DNA from: Amoebidium appalachense
Lineage: Eukaryota > Protista > Ichthyosporea
Assembly (NCBI GenBank): GCA_963693365.1
Contig: CAVNZM010000011.1
Coordinates: forward strand, 6,219,921-6,283,920
DNA: 64,000 nt
Direction: 5' to 3'
The notes beneath the pieces were generated by a model that saw nothing but the letters and a program-made list of their open reading frames with translations, did not search any database and had not been told where the DNA came from. The position numbers were made by a program, and so were the translations under genes. Positions 14,150-39,931 of the stretch are shown here, piece by piece. Within the stretch, counting starts at the first letter, position 1. The number at the start of each line of letters is the position of its first letter.

Positions 14150-14340
14150 AAGGAAAAAGCAAAGTCACGCACATCCCATGCGTTGATTGGCCGATCGTGG
14201 CGCGCTCGAATTCGGCGTGAACCAATCGCTTCATGGATAATGAATAACAACCAATCGGCGCACAAAACAGAAAGAAATTTCCAAATATGGCCTATGAATT
14301 TGGCTTATGAACCGCAAATAGGAAAGCGCCAACAATATTA
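14150..14340. promoter_or_regulatory. Likely bidirectional promoter between ZNRD2-like and ACBP
   Basis: Repeat-free interval between head-to-head genes with three CCAAT boxes (GATTGG ~14185, ACCAATC ~14222 and ~14250), an E2F-like TGGCGCGC and a perfect CArG box CCAAATATGG at 14281-14290. Confidence 0.5.
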
Positions 14341-14500
14341 AAAATTAATTTTCGCCTTTTCAAAATCTAAAAGCGTTTATCTAACCGTGAATCACAGGTG
14401 TCTGTGGGTAAACTTCGACAGCTATATAAAGCGAACCTCGTTGTCCCTTCTTCTCCAGTTCCAAGTTCAACGCATCGGTTCTTCTTCTCTTCTACTGAAA

Positions 14501-15603
14501 ATGAGCGTAAGCACAACATAAACCCCATACCTTGTCTGCTTTCTCTTACAAGGAAAAAGGGTCTTTTTGCACCCGAGATAGCGTGCAAGAACAAGCCCTT
14601 TCTTCTATTATTCATTTACCATCATCCAATTCAACACAGCCATCAGCTAAACATCATCTGGTGTCCAGTTGGCTGTTTTTTGCCAGCTTGACATACAGTA
14701 CTTGCTTTTTTGAACCCTATTCCCTAACGGTTTGTTAGGTTGTTGGTTATAACCTGAAATAATACGCACGAATCAGTCGTTTGTTGCATCTCTTTCACGA
14801 GGTTTTCTGGGTTGAAAGATGTGAACAGAGAATGGGCCTTGGCTGCCGCTGCCGCTTTCTAACACTATCTTCGGTTGGATAGGGGTTTTTGGGTAGGCTG
14901 GTGGTGGCTCGAGGGGTGAGAGAAATGCAGATACGTATGTGTGTAGGGGGGGGGGGGGGGGGGGGGAGGGGGGGGGAGGGGGGGAGGGGGCTCTGAAGGT
15001 GTTAGGTGGTGCTAGGTCTACTTTACTTTCCCCCCTCCCCCCTTCCTTTTTCTTTTTTGGAGGGGGCGGGGGGGGGGGGGAGGGGGGAAGAGGGGAGGAG
15101 GGGGGGAGGGGAAGGGGGAGGGGGGCCGCTATGGTGAAGGAGGGATGGGGGGAACGGAAGGTGATGTGGGGTAGGTGGGGAGGGGATAAGGGGAGGTGTA
15201 GCAAGGGAGCACGGGGAAAAGAGGGGAGGCAGCGGTTGCTGAAGCAATAGGTAGCGTCTAGCCTCACACTTTAGCAAGGAGTTGGGTTGGGGGGGAGGGG
15301 GTGGGGAGTGTGTGTGGGGGGGAAGGGGGAAGAGGAAGTACATAGTGCAAGGGGAGGGTGTGTGGAGGAAAGGGTCACTGACATGAGTAAACGGGAGTGG
15401 ATGTAACGTGATGAGATGCTTTTGTCTGATGCAATTCTCACGTCTGACTTCTATTTTTCCCTTTTTTTTTTTTCCAGGCTGCATTCAACCAGGCTGCCGA
15501 GGAGGTCAAGACCCTCAAGACCGACCCTACCAACGAAGAGAAGCTGAAGCTGTACGCTCTGTTCAAGCAGGTCACCGTCGGTGACTGCAACACCGGTTAG
15601 TGC

Positions 15604-15637
<34 letters not shown>

Positions 15638-16292
15638 CCCTTCCCCCCTTCCCCCCCTTCTCTCTCGTGAATGTGTACTTGGTACCTTATACCTAACCCC
15701 CCCCCCCCCCCTTGAATGTGTACTTTGTACTCTATAGCACATTCTAAACCCTCTTCCCGTATCCCCCCCCCCCCCCCTCCGTACTTATATCTACCCCCCC
15801 CTGCCCCCCCCTTCCTTAATGTGTACTAGGTACTCTGTAGCACTCACTAAATCCCCGTTCTGTCCTCCCCCCCTCCCCCCCCCCCCCCCCCCTGGCCGCG
15901 GCCCCGCACTTGCCCCCTCCCTCCCAGAGGCACACATACACACACACACACAACCTCCCACTCAGTTGCGCCATCTCTCTCTCTTTCCACCACTGCTTCT
16001 AACTCCCCCCCCCCCCCCCCCCCCCCCCCCCCAAACAAGCATACACACACCACGGCTATCTTTTCCTCCTCTCACCCTTCTGTTTTTCTGACCGTCTGCT
16101 CTCCGTTCTTCCTAGCTACCTGGTAGGTGTAATCCTCCCGCCTGCCCTTTACCCCCCACCCCCCAACCCTTCCCCTACCACCCCGCCAACCCTTCTCTCC
16201 GAATGTGTCCGATGTGTCCGAAGACAACTGGTGTTTTTCCACCTGCTCCCTTGAAGTCCAACAACTGCTCTCTCCTCCAATACATTCACACC

Positions 16293-16337
<45 letters not shown>

Positions 16338-16928
16338 CCCACCCACCCTCACCCCCACCACCTCCCCCCCCCCCCACACACACACATGTGCTCCCGCACT
16401 AACCACCGACCACCGTTGTTTCTCCCCCACAGCTGCCCCGGGCATGTTCGACTTTGCCGGCAAGGCCAAGTGGACTGCATGGAACAACATCAAGGGCAAG
16501 GCCAAGGAGGAGGCCGAGGCCGAGTACATTGCCGTACGTGCTTGAAAGAACTCCTGCGTGTTCCCGAACACGCACACAAACACATGTGCACACGCACACA
16601 CACACACACACACACCAATCCCTATCCCTACTCCTATCCCTATCCCTTTCTCTAGATGCCCACAGAACATCACACCACCACACACACACACACACACATA
16701 TACACCTACCTACACGCCCACACACACACACACACACATGCAGCTGCAGTCATCCCACCCATGCACACACACACACACACACCCATCCCTATCCCCCTAA
16801 TAACACCACCACACACCATACACACATGCACATGCATCCAAATTTATGGGAATGGAACCATGGCATGCATCAGTGTTGTTTTTTAGCCATGCACACTCTT
16901 GGGTTCGTGCCCCTGCCTCATGCGATCC

Positions 16929-16982
<54 letters not shown>

Positions 16983-17142
16983 ACACACCAGGCGGGCGTG
17001 CACACACACACATACGCTCCGCCTTTGGTGTGTATAATGGTATCGATACATGCTACTGCCCCTTGCTTGGTACCCCCCAGCTGCCCTAGAACCAACATGA
17101 TGCATTTATCTGCTATTCGTTCTTGTGTTACAGCCCGGAGCC

Positions 17143-17189
<47 letters not shown>

Positions 17190-17283
17190 TCAAGATCCGT
17201 GATTATATCCGAGCATGAAACTTACACCCCTTCTCTCCATGCAGGTTGTCGGTGAGCTCAAGGCCAAGTACGGCACCAACTAA
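14501..17283 (+). CDS. ACBP: Acyl-CoA-binding protein, 87 aa, 4 exons
   Basis: Exons 14501-14506 (MS|GTAAGC), 15478-15595, 16433-16533 and 17245-17283 splice to [87 protein letters not shown]. It has the canonical LYALFKQ and KW.AW motifs. Confidence 0.95.
15668..15852 (+). repeat. Three short 3'-end fragments of the poly(C)-associated repeat family in ACBP intron 2
   Basis: (G)AATGTGTACT..GTAC...(C/T)AA followed by a C-run, at about 15668-15696, 15714-15749 and 15818-15852. These match the 3' end of the longer copies. Confidence 0.55.
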
Positions 17284-17802
17284 GCACCCCTGCAAGAGTT
17301 TTTTCTTTAACACGAGCAGTGGTGAATCGACAACCTCGATTGCTTTAAACACGACCCCCCAAAGTCGCGAGGCCGGGAACATCGGTGTTTCTTTACGTGT
17401 ATCGTGGGTTGTTTGTATGCTGGCAGGTTCCGGTATATGTAAATCCATAACCGGGGTTTTTTCTCCAAAATCTGGAAAAATCATGCAATATGCTGCGCTC
17501 TAACCGGGCTGGCCTCGGGCCGGGCCAAACAAATTCTGTTATAGTGTATAAAATAAATAAAGCACACACATATATAAAGAGAATCTCCCGGATTATTTGT
17601 GCCTGCTAAGCTTATATTCGATTGGTTGGGTGGGTGGTGTTACGGGCAGGGTGAGAAGGTGGGTGGGGGGGGGGGGGGGGGGGGGGGGGGATGTCAGCAG
17701 ATGGTGCAGAAGCTTTGGCTGTGCCGACGACAGTGATCGTGTGCATGCATGTGTGTGTGTGAACGTGTACATGTGTGTGTGTGTTCGTGTGGCATGTGTG
17801 CA

Positions 17803-17880
17803 TGCAAGTGTATGTGTGAGTGTGAGCATGCAAGTGTATGTGTGAGTGTGAGCATGCAAGTGTATGTGTGAGTGTGAGCA
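17803..17880. repeat. 26-bp tandem minisatellite, 3 copies
   Basis: TGCAAGTGTATGTGTGAGTGTGAGCA repeated three times. Confidence 0.8.
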
Positions 17881-18270
17881 AGCTTAAGCAAGTGTATGTA
17901 TGAGTGTGTGCAAGCAGGTTTACGTGAATGTGTGCATGCAAGTATATCTGTACAACATTTTTATGCGTGAGCGTACACAATGCATTGTGTGCATGTATGC
18001 GTACACGTGCTGAGCAAATAACCGCTTCAGCTGACTTTTGCGTAGAACAATCGTGAGGTGGATTCACTAATTGCGGCCGGCGCCCATGGCCGCATACAAT
18101 CAAATGACTTTCATGTGTGCTCATGAATGACGTCCAGTTGTAATTGTTACCGTACCTTTAGATAATGCGATTTTGGTCGGCAGAGTCCTAGGTGATTTTA
18201 TTCTTCATTATTCGAACGGCCTTTAAAACAAAAATCGTAAACAACATCGAAAAACAGTGGCAAGGCAACC

Positions 18271-18301
<31 letters not shown>

Positions 18302-18883
18302 AAAATAAATAAATAAATAAATAAATAAAAAATAAATAAATAAATAAAAATAAATAAATAAAAAAAATAAAGAAAAAAAAAAATAAAGAAATAAAGAAAG
18401 GTACCATAAATTATCAGCGCGTCGTAAAACAAACCCCGAAATATATAACAATCCCCCCCCCCCCCCCCCTCTGCTTTTCCTCCTCTTTTATCACTTAAGC
18501 TTCTTAATTTTTCCAACCCACACAGCAAGTGTGCACGTGTAAAGGCAAATTAGAACCACACGGGTTGCAAGAAAAAAGTAAAGGCATCAGCCCAAATTGA
18601 AATTCATGTGTTACCCCGCACACAAAACATCATTCTCAATAACACAAACATACGTGCAATGCGTACCACTACATATGCAAACGTATATATCCATACGCCA
18701 ATACGGCATTAAATCATGTTCTGATTCTTGCATATAACCATGAAAAACACCATTGCCCCCCAAATTTATATACGAGGGTACACACTGTGTGTATTATATG
18801 TGGCGAATTGTGTAATGTCTGTGAAACTCGTGTCTGTACGCATGTGGATGTTGTGGTATCGCTAGCATTGTGTCCGTGGCTTC

Positions 18884-18958
<75 letters not shown>

Positions 18959-19088
18959 TGTGTGTGCGCGTGAGCACGTAATTGTGTGTGTGTGTGTGTG
19001 TGTTGCGTGTGCGTGTGTGTGCGCACGCGTGTGTGCATGTCTGTAAGTGTGTGTGCTCAGAGCCACTACGAGAGAACAGTGTGTTGTG

Positions 19089-19170
<82 letters not shown>

Positions 19171-19424
19171 ATCTATGTGCGTCTCTGCGCGTGTGCGTGT
19201 GTGTGTGTGCACATGTACGTGTGTCATCTGCTAAATCACATTCCTTCTTTTCATCCATTAATATTGGCCATTTTCACCCTGCCCTCCATCGCATAGGCAT
19301 TTTCACACGCTCGAAAACCATAATATCCGACCAATCACGTAAATAAAAATAAAAAACATGATGTTCGCCCAAACATATTCTGGACCCCACAACATTCGCC
19401 CAATCACATTCCTTCCTTCCTTTT

Positions 19425-20120
19425 TCATTCATTGGTCCTTTTCGCTCTCCTTCCTGGTTGCTGTCGTGACGGTGGCGTTGCCGCGACAGTCTGCTCCATT
19501 TTCTTTGCGCCGGAGCAGGTGGGTGGTGATTGCTGGGAGGAATGAAGCCGCAACTCTCTCTGCCTTTTCTGTGCACACCAAAAAAAAAAAAAAAAAAAAA
19601 AAAGGGAGAAAAAGAAGGAGATGAAAGGAAAAACAAGGATAAAAGGAAAAACAAGGATAAAAAGAAAAAGAAAGGTGTTAGTCTGGCGGACAGGCACTAT
19701 TCCATGTGCATAAATTAGCCAACAGCAAACGATGGGGAAGGGGGGAAAGGGAGGAGAGGTGAATAGGGAGATGGGGTGGGGTGGGTGGGTGGGTGGGTGG
19801 GTGAGGTGTGGGTGGGGTGGTGGTGGGTGGGGGGTGGGTGGGGGGAGGGGGGAGGGGGGGGGGGGTGGAGGAAGATGGGGTTGGAGAAAGAGGATGGAAG
19901 AGAGAGAAAAAAGGGGGGTGGATGTGGGTGGAGAGGAATGGGGAGGGATGGGTGGGCGGGTGGGTGAGTGTGGTTTGAAAGGGGGGTTGCATGAGGCACA
20001 GAGGTGGGAAGCACTAGAGCAAAATCACAGAACGGACCACAGAGAGATAACATCGAAAAAAATGACACAAGAAACACTAGGGGTTGGCTGAAAGGGACAT
20101 TGCTCTGTGTGTTTTGGTAT

Positions 20121-20151
<31 letters not shown>

Positions 20152-20539
20152 GGGGGAGGGGGGGGGGGGAGGCCAGGAGGCAAGGGGGAGGGAGGGTGGA
20201 AGGGTGAGGAGACGGGACGGGGGCAGAGGGGAAAGGGGTGGATACTTTTATAGATAGAGAAAGGGGACAGGAAGGGTGGGTGAGCGCAGTTCACACATAC
20301 ACACATGTACGTGTGTGTGCGTGTGTGCGTGCGTGTGTGTGTACGTGCGTGTGTGCGAATGAAGAGAGACGGCGGAGAAGACTGCAAAACAACCACACTT
20401 CCATTTCTGTGTCTTGTTGTGTCCCCTCTCTCCACACCACCTCCAAATTCACAATAAGGAGCGCGCGCGCACGTGCGCACACAGCTTCGCCTCCCCCTTC
20501 CCCTCCCTTCTCCCAATCGGCCTGAACATACCCTCCCCT

Positions 20540-20573
<34 letters not shown>

Positions 20574-20764
20574 ACCCCCCCCCCCCCCTTCCTCCTCCCC
20601 CTCCGCCCCCACACACACCGAAACAAAAGCCACAAGCAACACCACTACTTTCGTCCTCTCTACCTGAAAAACTATAAAAGGGGGAAGGTGAGACTGGGAG
20701 GGGTCTACAGGGTAAAATGAGGAGAGGCAGAAAAAGAAACCCAGGAACAAAGTTTTTTTTTTTT

Positions 20765-20795
<31 letters not shown>

Positions 20796-21178
20796 GGGGA
20801 CGGGGGGTACAGTTACGTAACGCAAGGGCGGGAGAGTGCGCGCGGGCGTGTGTGTGTGTGTGTGTGTGTGTGCGTATTTGGGGCGAGAGGGGGGGGGATG
20901 GGGGGATTTGGTGAAGGCATAGGTAGAACAGGGAAGAAGACCAGGGGGAGCGAGAGACTAACTAACAGAAAGGCTGGACGGGGTGGACGGATGTGCCCTC
21001 TAAGGGGCAGCGGGGGAGGGGGGGGGGGGGGGGAGAGGGGAGGGGGGGGGGGGGGTAGTGGTTTTGAATGTGTCATAAAGAACGAAGTACACATTCACAA
21101 CGGACAACACAGCAGCGTGCAAGCCACACATAAAGACTATGCATCAATAGCAGAGGGAAGCGGGGCGGGTGGGTGGGT

Positions 21179-21214
<36 letters not shown>

Positions 21215-23094
21215 GGGGGGGGGGGGGGGGGGAGGGGAGGGGAGGGGGGATTGCACAAATTCTTCTCGCTCACCTTCACCAGCGTCGCCACAAGGGCCTT
21301 CCCGTGGGCCAGCAGCCGGGCCGGGCCGTCAAACCTGAGCAGGTTCGGGTCGAGAACCGGACACGACTCCAACGGCCGCAAATCCCACCCAGCATCTTCG
21401 TAACTCTGAATGAACAACCCCCGAAGGCAAGGGGCATTTGCAAGCGGGGAGAAATCAACCGCGGATGAACACTCCTTGAGCGCAATCGACGTCAGTTTGG
21501 AACATCTCCCGAGAGGTTCTAAATCGTGCGACCATTCCCATCCGTTCAATGTGACCGTTTCGAGCGTCTTGCACGACGTGAGGGGTTCGAGGTTGCATTG
21601 CCGCCCGCTGAAAGCCGTCCGCCATCCGCCGCTCAATTCCACAAATTGTAGGTTGGGGCATGAACCCAATGGGCGGAGATCAATCACCCCGCCGTCACGC
21701 CTAACGACAAGCTCCTCCAAGGCGGCGCTCTTTGCCAATCCAGCAATGTTGGTCAGCGCGAAGCAATTATCGAGAACGATTCGGCGCGGAATCATGGGGA
21801 AATTACTGCCTCTCCTGCCTCGGCGTTTACGCAAAAGTGTGTTTCCGGTGAAGCTGATGACGAGAACATCGCACTTGCACGACCACACAAACGCCGGCGG
21901 TTGGGTTACATGCATGATTACCAAACGGTCAAGTGAACGGGCCAGCTTGACGTTCCGGCCAAACTGGAACCGGCTGAGTTCCAGAGAGCGGAGCCGTGTG
22001 CATGCATCCAGAAAACTCAGACTGGAGAGGATGTTGTTTGTGCACCCACTGGCAAGGGAAACGCTGACCAGGTTGGGGCAGCTGAACAGAGGAAAATCCG
22101 CCTCGGGCGGAAGAAGAACGAGAAGGTCGAGACGTGTTAGCGAGGTTAAAGACGCGCTCCCGAGCCAGTCCCAGCTGTCGAATTGTACATATCGGCTGGC
22201 TGACAGATCTTTCAAGGACGGAAGGGATGGGAAATCGCTGAATTTTGTGCGGCCTGGCCAACTTCGGACAGAGAGGAGACTCAATCTGGAACATGTCTCG
22301 AGTGGTGACAGGCTAACAGACTCATCTACGTTCGTGAAAACGACGGAAACATCGCGAAGATTGGTGCAGTTGGTCAAGGCCGGGAAAACCGCTCCTGAAA
22401 GCCGAACACCGTCCAGGCGCACCAAGTGTGGCAGTCGCTGTAGGAGCGAAGCGGAAACCTTGTGAATCTGCGCTGCCAAACACGTCAAATTCGTCGCTGC
22501 AATGTTTGGGATAACCTCGAGGCAGGGGTATGGAAGAAGCGAAACATGTCCTGTTACTTCAAGATGGCGGAGGCTGGGGTAATTGGCAAGAGCGTATGCG
22601 GAAACATCACCCGAAACACCGCCGCTCAGTATCAGACGCGTGGTTGATTGGTGTGCGGTTTGAAGGAGGGATCCAAGGAAAGCACCCCTTGTGTCGCAGA
22701 AACTTGTCCCTACCAAATGAAGCGTCCTGCAATGCGGAAGCGCTTGGAACGCCTCCAGGACAAGGTTGTATGCTGTGTCTTTTTTGCGCCTGGTCTGGCC
22801 CTCCAGCTCTTTGACTATCAATGCGACCTCAACACGCAGCTGCGTTATTGTGTCACCAAGTTGCTTGCGTATTCCTTGGGGGATGGTAAGGCGGAAGTGA
22901 AGTGTGCGCTGGGAGACACTGGTGCCCCTACATGGAAGAGAGAGAGAGCGAGGGCCGGACTCTGGACAGCGACTAAGAAAACAGAAGCGCCTGTTTACAA
23001 GTATGACAGATGATCTGTCACGTTGTGAAAGGTGGCTGAAAATTTGACACAACAGGTGGTCTGGAAGGCTAAGTATTGGAAAGGAAGCCATCAT
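19425..23094 (-). CDS. F-box / leucine-rich-repeat protein (large exon plus a probable short last exon)
   Basis: N-terminal F-box (LPDHLLCQIFSHLSQRDRSSVILVNRRF) and many LRRs (L.PL..C..L..L.L). Exon 23094-21274 ends in phase 0 at AAG|GTGAGC. A phase-0 exon 19568-19425 (KRQRELRLHSS...RTNE*) after TGCACAG is the best last-exon candidate, but is less certain. Confidence 0.85.
21061..21155 (-). repeat. Truncated copy of the poly(C)-associated repeat in the F-box intron
   Basis: The reverse strand reads CTCTGCT.TT.ATGCATA.TCTTTATGT...GAATGTGTACTTCGT...CACATTCAAAA, then a C-run. It matches 31770-31865. Confidence 0.7.
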
Positions 23095-24033
23095 GAAGGC
23101 GTACGTGCAGCGTACTTGCTGCTTTGTGCTTTGTTCATGTTTTCATGTTTTCATGTTAGACCTGAACTCTCTTGTCAACTCGCGCTGAAAAGAAAATTTC
23201 CAAGTCAGCACCGTCACGGCGTCAACACTCCTTGAACCTTCTGTGCAGTGAAAGGAAACGGCAAGTGAGCCGCTTTGCTTCTTGTGTTGTAATTCGTCTT
23301 TTTTCCAAATAAGGTTCTATTGCACGCAATTTGGGTGGATCTTTGAACGCCACCGTTACTTTTGGTTTGCTAATAATCACATTGTGTTGTATCCGCTGCT
23401 TTTCACTGTTGTGACGTAAGCCTTCAGTGGAGTGCGTCACTACGGGGCCTGAACGAAGGCTTCGTTTTCCTAGGAACGAGTTCTTGAAGATGTAAAGCTT
23501 AGGAACCATTTAGAGTGCATGAATAATCAATGAAAGCAAAGATAACATATATAGTTGGTGGATTTGTGAGTTAGGCCGGGAACAACGCACAAGAGCACTC
23601 ACTCGCTGACCACTTTTCGGGCTCAACTATGTCTTGATCTCTGGATGATTTTTTCTGGTCGGGACCTGCGGGGATACCAGGAGTATAAAACTGGTGGTAA
23701 CACATAGGGGGTAGTTTTTTCGCACATCTAAGAAGCATGGCCTGAAAAGACGTGATAATTGGCGCTTTTGGTGGCAGATCAAGAGTCCTTACATACCAAT
23801 AACTTGACGTAACCTAATTCCACCACGTTTGTCAACTAAGCTGCACGCCTCTCCATTTTTACCCAGTTTCTGCCTTGAAAGGTTGCTGAAGACCCCGTTG
23901 TGTAACACGCTGAATTCCGCAATCATCATGATTCCGGCATTCTTGGTACATGCAATATGGTAGGTAAACGCCTTTTTGTCCCGTCATGACGCCTATGTCT
24001 CCAAGCACAACAGTCGGGCACTTCTTAAATGCT

Positions 24034-24072
<39 letters not shown>

Positions 24073-25669
24073 CTCTCCCCCCCCCTCCCCCCGCGCAACT
24101 CCACCCACCCAAACACCCACCCACACATACACACACCCACCCACACATACACGCACCTCCCTTTGTTCACGTTTCACACGCGCACGGCGTTGTAATTGCT
24201 TAACTTTGCTCATTGAACAAGTATGTAGTTCTTCCATTTTTGAGCAATCCTGCATTTCTCTTGCTCCAGCTCGGAGCGGTTGCACTATTGGCACTCTCGC
24301 TTTCCTTGCCACATGTTCAGCGGTATTACCGTGGCTGCATGGTGACTTTTTTCAATCTCTAGATGTGCTTTCTAACTTGTTTCCAGACACCTGCACACAG
24401 CTTATTTGGTCAGCTTGTATATACTATGATGGCCTGAGGCTTAACTTGCTGTTCAAGTTCTGGTTTCTCCTGGCATGTTTGGGTACTCCTTATTAGTTGT
24501 AATCGTTATTCTGTTTGTAGTCTTCCCCTCTCCCCCCCCCCCCCCCCTCCCCCCCCCCCCCCCCCCCCCTCTTCTCCTAATCCCCCTCTCCCCTACGGCA
24601 CCGTATCCTTGAATGCCTATGTATCATTGTTCTTCGTGCTACATACAGCAGCCCCCCCCCCCCCCCTCCCCCCCCCCCCCCCCCCCCCCTCCCCCCACCC
24701 CCCACCTCACCCCACCCTCCACCCTACCCCTCCTCCCCCCCCCCCCCCCCCCTCCCCCCAAAAAAAAAAAAAAAAAAAAAAAGGACTATGCTTTTTCTGC
24801 ATACTACTTCATGTGTGCACTTTTGGTTTCTCTCCAGGGTGCTCTTGTTGATCTTTACCTTATTCTTCGTTTAATACGTATGCTAACCTTCCCCCCCCCC
24901 CCCCCCCCCCCCTCCCCCCCCCCCCCCCCCCGATTTTGTAAACGCACAGGGAACCCTTTGATGGTGGGTTTTGTTCGAATGACTCCTGTCTGGGTATATT
25001 TTTCATGTGGTCTTTAGGTTATGATATGGCTTTGTCAATGGCCTGCTTTTAACTGTTCTTTTTTGTTTCCTTCCCCTTTTTTCTCGCACACTCGTACATG
25101 CCCCCCCCCTTCCACACACCCAAACCCACACATCCGCATATACAAAAGTGCGCACACGCACACATGCGCGCACGCACACACACGTGCGCGCACGCGCGCA
25201 CGCACACACACTCACACACTCACACACTCACACATACAAAAGTGTGCACACATGTGCACACACAACACACAGGCACACACACACGAGTGTGCTCGTGCCA
25301 CACACACACACACACACACACATACACACACACATACACACACACACACACATACACAAGCACAGGCGTGCGCACACACACACACACTACCTCCACCAAC
25401 CCCTGTTCTCCCACCAGTTATTCATTGCTGGCTTTATTGTAATCGAAGGATGTGCTTGTTTGCATTCCTGACACCATATTAGATCTTTGCTTGTGTTCTG
25501 TAACTGCATTTCTGCAGACTTTCATGAAAGCTTGTGTACAGTTGCCCCATTTTTCAACGAATTTAGTAATCTGGTTTTAGTAATCTGGTTTCTGGGCCCG
25601 TGAACCCCCTAAAGAGATGTATCCATTAGCTGTGTGTGAATGCTTGTACCCGTTTCAGTTACCAAGCCC

Positions 25670-25714
<45 letters not shown>

Positions 25715-25764
25715 CTTCCCCTCAACACCCATGGGAGATTTACTCGGCCCATTTTTTCTTTCTT

Positions 25765-25801
<37 letters not shown>

Positions 25802-25884
25802 ATATTTGTTTGCAGTTTAAACCTTTTTCAGGTCAAGGGGTTCATCCGTGTACCATTTCTACTTTGTGCTTTTGTTGAGGCGTA

Positions 25885-37309
<11,425 letters not shown>

Positions 37310-37325
37310 GCTTTTTTTTTTTTTT

Positions 37326-37381
<56 letters not shown>

Positions 37382-37458
37382 CCGGAATGCCGAGGGCCTG
37401 TTCCCCTTCTGTTATAATTGAATTTGTTTCAATTTTTATTTATTCGTTTTTTTTTTTT

Positions 37459-37516
<58 letters not shown>

Positions 37517-37734
37517 GCGTTGTCGGTCAAATCAGCAGGATTATTTGAATTGGGAATGCTGCCAGGCTGTCAACTTGAAGTTTTGCATAATTTTGAGTCT
37601 TTGCAATGCATACTTCTTAGAGAGATTCATAACTGGTTGGATGGGTGCACGTGAGTGGGTGGTTTGGGTCACCAGGACGTGGTGGATTACCGTAGCTAAT
37701 ATATTAGTGTGTGTGTGTGTGTGTTTGTGTGTGA

Positions 37735-37808
<74 letters not shown>

Positions 37809-37829
37809 TACATGTGTGTGTGTGTACGT

Positions 37830-37897
<68 letters not shown>

Positions 37898-37932
37898 CAC
37901 TGTGTGTGTGTGTGACACTCTGTGTGTGTGCG

Positions 37933-37977
<45 letters not shown>

Positions 37978-38248
37978 AGTTCAATATTGCTGTTGGGTTG
38001 GAGAGGGGGGGGGGGGGGGGGGGGGGGGGGGAAGGATCCGAAGGGCCCGGACTGCAGCTGATACGGGTATTGATCAAGCAGCCCTCACTCACCACACACA
38101 TAGGATACAGTACAACAACACGGTCTGTTTGATTTTCTTGCTGGAGGTATATTTTATTATGTTCGGAGTTTGTCATGCTTCATGATCACTAAAGTTTGTA
38201 AAAAACACGGTGCATGATTCTGTGAGACGAATGTGTGCGCAGCTGCAC

Positions 38249-39207
38249 TAGGGGCATGTAAATCTATCCCAAAAACTTCCCTATCTATCCCAACGCACTA
38301 TCCTAGATCTATCCCAAAATGACCTGATTATCCTAGATCATATCCCGGACAATCCCAAAAAATGTGCCTAAATATCCTGAGGATCTATCCTGAAGGGCCC
38401 TATCTATCCCGCAATTTATCATTTCTCTCCCGTGTAGGCCTGTTTATCTCCGACTATCCCAGTAGTTTTATATGTATATATATATAATTTACAGTCCATT
38501 GGGCACTGTGACCTCAAGACATAGTAATCCATATTTTTGCAATTTCGAAGCTAACTGGCCATGGGGGGGCCCGCACCGGGCTGCCCAGCACTGCCCGAGG
38601 CTCTGAGTGGGCCATATATATGATATATTGATCATACGGTGAGTTTTTCAAATAAGTCATATAAAGATGATCCTTAGCGCTAATAAGTGTAAGGCTTTTA
38701 TGAATGCAATTACTAGCCCTTCTTATTGAATCAGCCACCCTTGCCTGCTTATATATTATTGCTGCTCATGCAGATTTTAATGGGCTTGCACCTGCCGCCG
38801 GGCTGCTGGCCAGCCTGCGGTATACGTAGGGGGTTCTTAAAGGGAAATATATCTTCTTCACATGAATTTTGAACCATGATCACGTACATAAGTGTCAGGC
38901 ATAGCATCCCCATCATCCCTGGAGACTAAATACTGAATAGTCATTGGTGAAGCATCATTTTGGCGCGCTTCGACTACCAAATATGTATACAAATGAGTAT
39001 CTCAGGAACCCCGGATTTGCCGATCTATCCCAGGCCTTGAAATAGGATATATCCACCCCACCTGGATAGATCGTCTATCCGGGGTCCCCCTAAATATCAT
39101 TTGGATCTATCCCTAAAGTGCCTGAATATCGATATCCCGGATATATCACAAATCCTGAGGCCCCCTATCTATCCCAAAATTTTCCGGGATTAATTTACAT
39201 GCCCCTA
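38249..39207. mobile_element. Non-autonomous hAT-type DNA transposon (959 bp)
   Basis: 15-bp TIR TAGGGGCATGTAAAT / ATTTACATGCCCCTA. The 8-bp flanking duplication AGCTGCAC / AACTGCAC matches at 7 of 8 positions. Many subterminal TATCC motifs at both ends. An 8-bp TSD with TAGGG ends is typical of hAT. Confidence 0.85.
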
Positions 39208-39279
39208 AACTGCACGCATTGTACACGCCATCGTGACGTCATTGAATGGGTGGAAACCAGGGGTCTAGGGTGATCAGAT

Positions 39280-39330
39280 CACCTCTACTTAGGCCCAAGC
39301 TCTACCTAGGCCCCACCTCTACTTAGGCCC
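39280..39330. repeat. 17-bp tandem repeat, 3 copies
   Basis: CACCTCTACTTAGGCCC / AAGCTCTACCTAGGCCC / CACCTCTACTTAGGCCC. Confidence 0.8.
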
Positions 39331-39931
39331 CTAGAGGGGCAGCTATAACCCATCCATGGCTTCTTGACAGGACGTATCCATGTTCCCGGACCCTCCTGGG
39401 ACACCGCCTGGGAGCCACAAACGTGATACACGGGAAGGAGAATCCCCAGATAAGCGGTTAACGAAACAGAGCCGGGCGGAACAGGTTCCCTTTCCCGAGG
39501 TTAAAGCGCCACCGGCCCGCCGCCAGCCAGTAGTTTTATTACGAAAGAACAACTGCAGTTGATACCCGAGAAGCTTAAGGCTAGGAAATCTGTGCTCAAA
39601 TTTATGGCGCCATCATGAGCATCTCCGCACCCAAGTCCCCGACTTAACAACCCAAGTAGCCGAGTATAAAGCCAAACAGGACCAAACGGACCTCGTCGTT
39701 CAGCAAATGGAGGCGTGCTTACAGCAGCTGCCAAGCTGACCGGGCACCCCCCACTGGCCCTGCCCATGCGGGCCCGGCCTCTGCAGGAAAGGCAGCCCCC
39801 GATGGGTTACCCACTCCCCCGGGGTCTCCCAAGTTCATACCCAGGACGAACCCTAAGGTGTACCGCACTACCGTCACGGTGGACGCCAAGACCGTGTACG
39901 TGTCCGAGAAAGTCTAACGTATGCAGAGTCG

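Noticed and set aside
21410-22465. 351-aa plus-strand ORF (and the 372-aa minus ORF at 56531-57649)
   Set aside because: Antisense shadows of the F-box/LRR and trypsin genes.
24603-24610. U12-type donor GTATCCTT
   Set aside because: No upstream exon and no matching U12 branch site were found. It sits in low-complexity sequence.
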